Shown here piece after piece: positions 1 to 6,036 of a DNA stretch of 10,096 nt; the first letter of the stretch is position 1; every line of letters begins with the position of its first letter. Under the pieces are notes generated by a model, which worked only from the letters and a program-made list of their open reading frames with translations, was not told where the DNA came from and did no database searches. Where the stretch lies: assembly GCF_000142905.1 (NCBI RefSeq), contig NW_013657590.1, positions 1 to 10,096 on the forward strand, read 5' to 3'. Source of the stretch: Thecamonas trahens ATCC 50062 (taxonomy: Eukaryota; Protista; Apusomonadida). A program made the position numbers and the translations under genes.

Positions 1-73
1 CGCGACCGCGACCGCCGTGGCCCGCCCCGCAAGCGCCGCGGCTGGTAGCCATAGCTTTGCTCATCCTGTATGG

Positions 74-1183
74 TCATTGCAGTGCGCAGTCGCCGATGTC
101 TGGCCTGACTGCTTGCCGTGGAAGCGCCACTCGATGCCGCTCGTCGTCGCGGAGAAAGCGAACAACCTGCTTCTTGCGCCCGTGACCGAACGTCAGCGTC
201 TGCCTCTTGACATTGACTGTGGCGTCATGATCCGTCATAAAGTCAAGGCCGAGCAGGAAACCGATCGAATCGTTGTCGATGATTGTTAGTGGGTGGTGAT
301 AGACCTTCTTTCCGATGGCGATCGGCGCCGACGCGATGCGGCCCACAATCCGCGCTGAGCCGACGCCCACCGCAACGCCAGCATACCGCGTGTCGACCTC
401 ATGCAACAGGCCGGCGTGCTGGACCAGCGCCAGAGAGAGCACAGACGACTCGGCTCCAGTGTCAACTAGCGCATCGATCCGCCGCCCATTGACCCGCGTC
501 TTGATAAACAAGATCCGCAGTCGGGTCAGACTCTTTTGCATTGCATCGGCCTGAGCCTCTGCCAGCTGCTGTTGGATCTGCGCACCCTCAGCTTCGTCAC
601 CTGCCCACAGCGCGTCCTGCGGCTGCGGCCGGCCGCACAACTCGCATGCCTCGGCGAGCTCGGCATTGAGAAAGGCGCAGTGCTCGCAGCCCCAGACGAC
701 TTCGTAGGACTCGGAGCCCGAGCTCGAGTCCAAGCTCGATCGCGACTCTGTCGCCGCTCCAGCCCGCGGGCGAAACCTCACCGCATCAGACGCATAACCG
801 AGGCCATCAATGGCCTCAAACGCGTGCGTCATACTCCGCTTCCGGCCCTTGCGCGCCATCGCGTCCGGCAAGCACTCTTCACACGAGTGATGAGCCCGTC
901 CCTGCTCCCGATCCTGCCTGCTGCCCCCACACGCCGAGCACTCGTAGACCGTCCCGCCGGTGATCAGGCACCCACACTCATCACACACGTACGCCACCAG
1001 CAGCTCTCTACGGCAGTGGCCACCTGACGATGGCGAGGAGGAGGAGGAAGAAGAAGACATCGATGATGATGACAATGATGACGATGACAACGATGAGCTG
1101 TCGGAAGACGACCGTGACTTTCGTGATGTCGACGATGACGCCGATGACCGCGAACGTCTCCGCCCGCTCTCAGCCCTAGGCAT
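74..1183 (-). CDS. Ddi1/DDI2-like retroviral-type aspartic protease with N-terminal Ser-rich region, ZZ-like zinc finger and RanBP2/NZF zinc finger (369 aa)
   Basis: ATG at 1183-1181, TGA at 76-74, uninterrupted ORF. The C-terminal part LFIKTRVNGRRIDALVDTGAESSVLS...VDTRYAGVAVGVGSARIVGRI...FLLGLDFM follows the Ddi1 RVP pattern (LYI..VNG..AFVD[S/T]GAQ.TIMS...D.R..G.A.GVG...I.GR....LLGLD) as recalled. Catalytic Asp241 is at 463-461. No symbol is given because it may be a paralog rather than the DDI1 ortholog. Confidence 0.88.
   Translation of the reverse strand: MPRAESGRRRSRSSASSSTSRKSRSSSDSSSLSSSSLSSSSMSSSSSSSSPSSGGHCRRELLVAYVCDECGCLITGGTVYECSACGGSRQDREQGRAHHSCEECLPDAMARKGRKRSMTHAFEAIDGLGYASDAVRFRPRAGAATESRSSLDSSSGSESYEVVWGCEHCAFLNAELAEACELCGRPQPQDALWAGDEAEGAQIQQQLAEAQADAMQKSLTRLRILFIKTRVNGRRIDALVDTGAESSVLSLALVQHAGLLHEVDTRYAGVAVGVGSARIVGRIASAPIAIGKKVYHHPLTIIDNDSIGFLLGLDFMTDHDATVNVKRQTLTFGHGRKKQVVRFLRDDERHRVALPRQAVRPDIGDCALQ
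152..511 (-). other. Ddi1-type retroviral-like aspartic protease (RVP) domain, aa ~225-344
   Basis: DTGA active-site motif (463-452), G-x-A-x-GVG flap, hydrophobic-hydrophobic-Gly motif LLGLD. Confidence 0.9.
620..694 (-). other. RanBP2-type/NZF zinc finger, aa 164-188
   Basis: WGCEHCAFLNAELAEACELCGRPQP matches W-x-C-x2-C-x3-N-x6-C-x2-C exactly, followed by the typical G-x-P-x-P. Confidence 0.9.
809..985 (-). other. ZZ-like zinc finger, aa ~67-125, divergent
   Basis: CDEC-GCLITGGTVYE-CSAC-(15 aa)-CEEC-(15 aa)-HAFEAI. Three CxxC pairs, the CD.C...I.G..Y.C pattern and the terminal H-x-F-x-x-I are typical of ZZ domains. The DYDL loop is replaced by a longer insert and the first of the two His ligands is not evident. 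Confidence 0.6.
1024..1147 (-). repeat. Degenerate trinucleotide (TCN)n tract encoding poly-Ser at the N-terminus of gene 1
   Basis: The + strand reads gacgat/gaggag/gaagaa/gatgat runs, which on the - strand are TCA/TCG/TCC/TCT Ser codons. Confidence 0.75.
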
Positions 1184-1810
1184 GCTCCACAGTAGCCAGC
1201 CTCGACCCGCCGGCGCCCTTCTCCGCCTCGTTTATGCCTCACACTCGCTGACCTTGTTGATGGAGACAAGTGTATCACTCGAGATACTCGCTGTCAGCCT
1301 GTGTGGAAGGGCTCGCTCCTTTCCCTCCACGACCATCTATGTATCTACTCGTGCACTCCCTCGAACAACCGTTAGAGAAGCAATCATTAGTCCTCACCCC
1401 CCTTACCCTACATGAATGACAACACACAACCCTCTCTTTATCGCCCCGATCACAGCACCCATCCCCCCACACATCACCCTCCTTTGCCCCGATCACATCA
1501 CACATCCTCCCCATGCATCTCCATCACAGCATACCCCCCCCCCTCCCCCCCTACCGCCCCCATCACGGCACACATTACCCATCATCTGTACACACTCTCT
1601 CGCACACTACACATACCCACACGTACCCTCACCCCCACACCTCCTTTAATCATCTCCCACCCCCCCCCCCCCCCCACCCCTCCCTTCCTCTGCGTCCACC
1701 ACTCCATTTCTCCCGATCACCCGTCACCGAATTGGCGCCCGTTACCCTTCCCCTCCTCCTCCCTCTCCCTCTCTCCCTCCACACCTCCCTCCCTTCCTGC
1801 CCTTTCTCAC
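1184..1810. promoter_or_regulatory. Divergent intergenic region (putative bidirectional promoter/5' UTRs) with a C/A-rich, G-poor low-complexity tract at ~1395-1810
   Basis: Lies between the head-to-head ATGs at 1183 (-) and 1811 (+). Composition shifts abruptly to poly-C runs (C10 at 1534-1543, C16 at 1660-1675) and a CT-rich tract at ~1745-1810. Confidence 0.6.
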
Positions 1811-4800
1811 ATGGAAGGCAGTCTGGTGCTTTCGGCTGAACTCGGGGGCCACACGGACCGGGTCCGCTGCTTGGCATGGGCTGAGTCGACCGGTGCTCTG
1901 TGGTCGGGCTCACGGGCTGGTTCGCTCCATGCCCACGCTGCGACGCCTCCGCATGAGCTGGTGGCGGAGATTGCCTTGCCGAACTCGCGCGAGGACAGAG
2001 GCGCTCGGCTTGTCGGGGTCATGTCGCTGGCATATGTGGCGAGGACATGCTGCATGTGGGCCGGGGCGGCGTCGGGCGCCGTGGCTGTCTATGACGTCGA
2101 GTCGTACAAGTGCCTTCATCTGCTCTCGGGCCACACAGCGGCGGTCAACAGCCTCCTGGCCAAGGCCAAGTATGTGTTCTCGGCCTCGTCCGACTTCTCC
2201 GTCGGCATCTGGGACGCCACAAAGTACGAGCCACGCCAGTTTCTCCGTGGCCACTCCAACTGGGTCCGATCGCTCGCCCTCACAGGCCTCCATCTTTGGT
2301 CTGCAGGTGACGACGGCACCATTGTTGTCTGGTCCTCCACAGGCGAGCGGGTCTCGGATCTTGCTGTTGACGACCCGGTCCACGCCCTTGTCTACACAAA
2401 GTTCAACACTGTATGGACAGGCACGTCCTCTGGCGCCATTGTCGTCTTTGATGTCACCTCGCACGCCTGCGTCGCCTCGCTGGAGCCGCTGGCCGGCTGG
2501 ATCACATCACTCACAGCCACCGACCTCCACGTCTGGGCAACCTGTTCCGACGGCACGCTTGCGTTGTACAACGCCAAATCCCGTGTCTGCCTGGCCTCGA
2601 TTTCGGCCGGCTGTGGCGCACTCCTTGCTGCCATCCCTGCCCCGCTCACCGCCCACGACCGCTCTGTCGGCACCGCCTCGGCCTGGCTCGCTGCCGCCGA
2701 CGCATCGGTCACGTTGTGGTCGTGGCTCTCCGATGCTGTCGCTGAGCGCACCGCCAAGGGTGTCATCATGGCGCCGCTTGCTCTGGGCGACCTTGCGTCG
2801 TCACCCAACTCGGGCTCGCCGCCGCCGATCCCGTCGGTGCGCCAGTCGTCGCTCCGCGCCATGGCCGCCTCCGAGGCTGCCCGCGAGGCTGCAGAAGCGG
2901 CGCACGCCAACGCTGAGGCCCGTGTCGCTGTCGCCAACCGCGAGATGCGCTCGCAGCTGCGGGCCGTCACCCAGGCTCACGCCATTGAGAAGGATGGACT
3001 CACGACCCGCATCGAGCTGCTGGAGCGTGAGCGCCACGAGCTGGCTTTGCAGCTTGCCGCTGCTCGTGAAGCATCGCCCAACGAGAATGTTGATGTCTCG
3101 CAGGCTTCATCGACCGACGACCCCGAGTCGCTCGCATCGCTTGTTGCCACGCTCAAGTCGCTGCGTGGCCAGCTGCACGTGGAGCGGAAGCAGCGGGCGG
3201 CCAAGGAGAAGGCCATGGCCGTCGCCGCGTCGACCGCGCAGGTTCGTATTGCCCAGCTCGAGTCCGAGCTGGAGGACGTCAGAACGACAGGCGCGGACAC
3301 CCGCGCTGCCGCCGCTGCCGCCGACAAGCAGCTCGAAGCACTGAAGCTTCAGCTGGCGACACAGGTGGCCCGTGCCGACAAGGCCGAGTCGGCCGCTGCC
3401 GCCCTCCGTAAGAAGCTCCGTGCCGCCGAGTCGCGTGCCAAGGCGCCGTCGCGGAATGAGGCCGCGGCTGCTGCTGCTTCCGCTGACCTCCGCGAGCGGA
3501 CACTCCGGGCCGAAGCCACTATGCTTGAGCTGAACAAGGACAAGGCGACACTGGAAGAGACCAACGCGGAGCTGGTTGCCTCACTCGGCGAGTTGAGGAC
3601 CAAGCTCAAGACTACTGAGCAAGCTCGCCGCGCTGGCCTCCGTAAGGTCGGCTCGCTGACCAACAAGCTGGACGAAGCAGTCACTGCACGGGCTGATGTT
3701 GAAGCCAAGCTTGCTCACCATCGCAAGCTTGTCAACACCATCACGGCCGCCACCCACGATGCCGAGCATGAGATCCGCGCTCTCGAGGCCCAGCACCACG
3801 CTGCTGTCGCCACCCTTCAGCACCAGCTCGACTCGGCTCAGACCGCCATCGACGACCTCGAAAGCCAGCTTCACACGCTGCAGCTCGAGCGGACTGCGAC
3901 GACTACTGCGTTGCAGGCCAAGGCTGACGCTGCCATTGCTGAGCTTGGCTCTGAGCGCAAGATGCGCCGCAGGGCTCAGGCCGAGCTGGAGAAGCTGCGT
4001 GCACACCAGCTGGCTGTCATGGACTCGGCTGCACTCGAGGCTGAGCTGACCCAGACTCAGGGCGCGCTTGCGGCTGCAACCTCTCAGGCCAAGCAGGCGC
4101 AGGACCGACTCGCCGTGGCCGAGCGAAACCTCGAAACGGCTCGCGGCCGCGTGTCTGCTGCCCGGGACGAGGCCGAATCACAGGCTCATGTTGCGCTCAA
4201 GCTGCAAAAGGCACTAGAGCACGTCGAGCGCGAGCGCGAGCAGCTGCAGACTGCATTGGCCACCGAGCGCGACCGTGCCACAACTGCCGAGGCTGCGGCC
4301 GCCGCGCTTGGCGTAGAAGTCGAGCGCGAGCAGGCGCTGGTGGCTATGGCGTCGTCGCAAGGCGTCGGGGTCAAGACTTCGCTCATGCACGCCAAGGACG
4401 ATGTCGTCGCGCTCCGCAAGCACAACGTTGCTCTTGCGGCGCAGCTCGGCAAGCTCTCGCAGTCAGAGGCCGACGCGACGCGCGAGGTCTACTCGCTCCG
4501 TCGGCAGGTTGAGCAGCTTCAGGCCCGGTTAGAGGCCGAGACCGCGACTGCTGAACGCGACCGCGTATCAGCCGCGACCCAGGCCCACCTGCTTGTGGCG
4601 GACTCACAGGCGTCGGTGACGGCGGCGCAGCAGGCTGCCAGCCGGGAGAAGAGCCGCGCTACCGCTGCCGAGGCGCAGCTCGCCGTCTTGCAGGGCCACA
4701 TCTCAGCCATGCAGTCGGGCCACGCCTCACACTTTGACGGGCTCGAAGGCAAGCTCGAGCGGATGCGGATCGAGCTCGAAGCCGCAGAGAATGAGCGTGA

Positions 4801-6007
4801 CGCCGCATTGGACGAGGCTCGGTCGGCGACCCACGAGGCCAGCGTTGCCAGGAGTCGCATGGCTCGGATTCGCGACGATCTCGAGGCTGCCCGACGCGAC
4901 GTGGCTCAGCTGAAGGATGACTTGATCGACGCACGCACTGCCCGCGACACCTTGACCGAGCGGGCGCAGATGCTTGCGGCTCAGCTGGAGGCTGCGTCAT
5001 CACGCGAGCAGCTTGCTGCCGACCGCAGTGCCGAGCTGGAAGCCCGTATTGAGGAGATGGAGGCCGAGCTGCGGCGCGAGCGGGTAGCAGCCGCCGAGGC
5101 CCACGGTGCGCTCTCGTCGCTGGCGGCCGATACGTCGGCGGCGTCGTCGACGCGGGCCGCGCCGGAGGTTTCTGCCGCCGACATCAACGAGCTGCGAACT
5201 GGACTGGCCAAGGCAGAGATGCGCGCGTCGATGGCGGAGCGCGACGCAGTCATGGCCAACCAACGCCGGAACGAGCTGCAGCGACAGATCGACGAGCTGC
5301 GCCCACTCAGCACCAGCACCGAGGAAGAGCTGCGACGCCAGCTCAACTCGGTCAATCAGATCCGCGGCGAGCTCGAACAAGCCAACTTTATTCTCCGTCA
5401 GAAGCTCTCAGACACAGTATCCAAACGCGAGCTGTTTAAGTCGCAGCGCGACGCGGCGCGCTCGCATCTGCAGGAGCTCTCGCGCACGCCGTCGCAGCGG
5501 CTGGTGCCGTCCGCAGCGTCCGCGAGTCACGCATCCGAGTCTGCGTCGGACGACAGCGCTTCGCTGGCCACTGTAGAAACACGGAGCGTTGAGGCAGGTC
5601 GGTCTCAGCTCGACTCGTCCGTGTCTACGGACGAGGTCGATGCTCGGACCGCTGATCTACATCACCACAAGGCACTGTTGCGCCAGCGGACGACCGAGCT
5701 GGAAGCGCTGCGTGTCGAGTACACGAGCCGTGTTCAAGTTGACTCGTCCAAGCTCGAAGATCTGGAGATGGAGCTCCGCAACGCGCGGGCGACGGTGACC
5801 GCCGAGCGGAACCGCAACGCGCAGCTCGAGCAGCAGCTCGCTGACGTGGTGGCGCAGAACATGCGGCTGCGGCGGCTAGCATCGGTCGCCGGCACAGGCA
5901 TGTCGCTCTCGTCCATGGATCTGTCGTCGGTCGATGCCCTCTCGGACGGCTCGGTGGCGACTGACGAGTTGGACGTGAGTGATCACGGCGAGTTTGAAGA
6001 GACGTAG
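1811..6007 (+). CDS. WD40-repeat (about 7 blades) plus long coiled-coil protein, ~1398 aa
   Basis: The ATG at 1811 (cacATGG) sits where the low-complexity DNA ends; TAG at 6005-6007. WD repeats at ~1840-2725 include GHTDRVRCLAW, GHTAAVNSL...FSASSDFSVGIWD, GHSNWVRSL...WSAGDDGTIVVWS and VWTGTSSGAIVVFD. From ~2860-5880 the sequence is A/E/L/R/Q-rich, Pro-poor and heptad-like. The ORF-track start at 1412 only adds translated low-complexity DNA. Confidence 0.85.
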   Translation: MEGSLVLSAELGGHTDRVRCLAWAESTGALWSGSRAGSLHAHAATPPHELVAEIALPNSREDRGARLVGVMSLAYVARTCCMWAGAASGAVAVYDVESYKCLHLLSGHTAAVNSLLAKAKYVFSASSDFSVGIWDATKYEPRQFLRGHSNWVRSLALTGLHLWSAGDDGTIVVWSSTGERVSDLAVDDPVHALVYTKFNTVWTGTSSGAIVVFDVTSHACVASLEPLAGWITSLTATDLHVWATCSDGTLALYNAKSRVCLASISAGCGALLAAIPAPLTAHDRSVGTASAWLAAADASVTLWSWLSDAVAERTAKGVIMAPLALGDLASSPNSGSPPPIPSVRQSSLRAMAASEAAREAAEAAHANAEARVAVANREMRSQLRAVTQAHAIEKDGLTTRIELLERERHELALQLAAAREASPNENVDVSQASSTDDPESLASLVATLKSLRGQLHVERKQRAAKEKAMAVAASTAQVRIAQLESELEDVRTTGADTRAAAAAADKQLEALKLQLATQVARADKAESAAAALRKKLRAAESRAKAPSRNEAAAAAASADLRERTLRAEATMLELNKDKATLEETNAELVASLGELRTKLKTTEQARRAGLRKVGSLTNKLDEAVTARADVEAKLAHHRKLVNTITAATHDAEHEIRALEAQHHAAVATLQHQLDSAQTAIDDLESQLHTLQLERTATTTALQAKADAAIAELGSERKMRRRAQAELEKLRAHQLAVMDSAALEAELTQTQGALAAATSQAKQAQDRLAVAERNLETARGRVSAARDEAESQAHVALKLQKALEHVEREREQLQTALATERDRATTAEAAAAALGVEVEREQALVAMASSQGVGVKTSLMHAKDDVVALRKHNVALAAQLGKLSQSEADATREVYSLRRQVEQLQARLEAETATAERDRVSAATQAHLLVADSQASVTAAQQAASREKSRATAAEAQLAVLQGHISAMQSGHASHFDGLEGKLERMRIELEAAENERDAALDEARSATHEASVARSRMARIRDDLEAARRDVAQLKDDLIDARTARDTLTERAQMLAAQLEAASSREQLAADRSAELEARIEEMEAELRRERVAAAEAHGALSSLAADTSAASSTRAAPEVSAADINELRTGLAKAEMRASMAERDAVMANQRRNELQRQIDELRPLSTSTEEELRRQLNSVNQIRGELEQANFILRQKLSDTVSKRELFKSQRDAARSHLQELSRTPSQRLVPSAASASHASESASDDSASLATVETRSVEAGRSQLDSSVSTDEVDARTADLHHHKALLRQRTTELEALRVEYTSRVQVDSSKLEDLEMELRNARATVTAERNRNAQLEQQLADVVAQNMRLRRLASVAGTGMSLSSMDLSSVDALSDGSVATDELDVSDHGEFEET

Positions 6008-6036
6008 CACAGCATTGAACTAGGAGACACGCGTAG

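Noticed and set aside
152-511. Retrotransposon (gag-pol) protease or LTR element
   Set aside because: There is no gag, RT, RNase H, integrase or LTR nearby, and the flap and flanking motifs are Ddi1-like.
960-1415. + strand ORF with a striking acidic run (EEEEEEEDIDDDDNDDDD)
   Set aside because: It starts at GTG, and the acidic run is simply the antisense reading of the poly-Ser TCN tract of gene 1. The rest has no domain-like character.
1443-1575. CRISPR-like repeat-spacer array
   Set aside because: The repeats are short, degenerate and irregularly spaced in low-complexity eukaryotic DNA, with no cas genes.
1412-1810. 133-aa Pro/His/Thr-rich N-terminal extension of the WD40 ORF
   Set aside because: It is translation of C-rich low-complexity DNA that is naturally stop-poor. 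Coding-like composition begins at ATG 1811.
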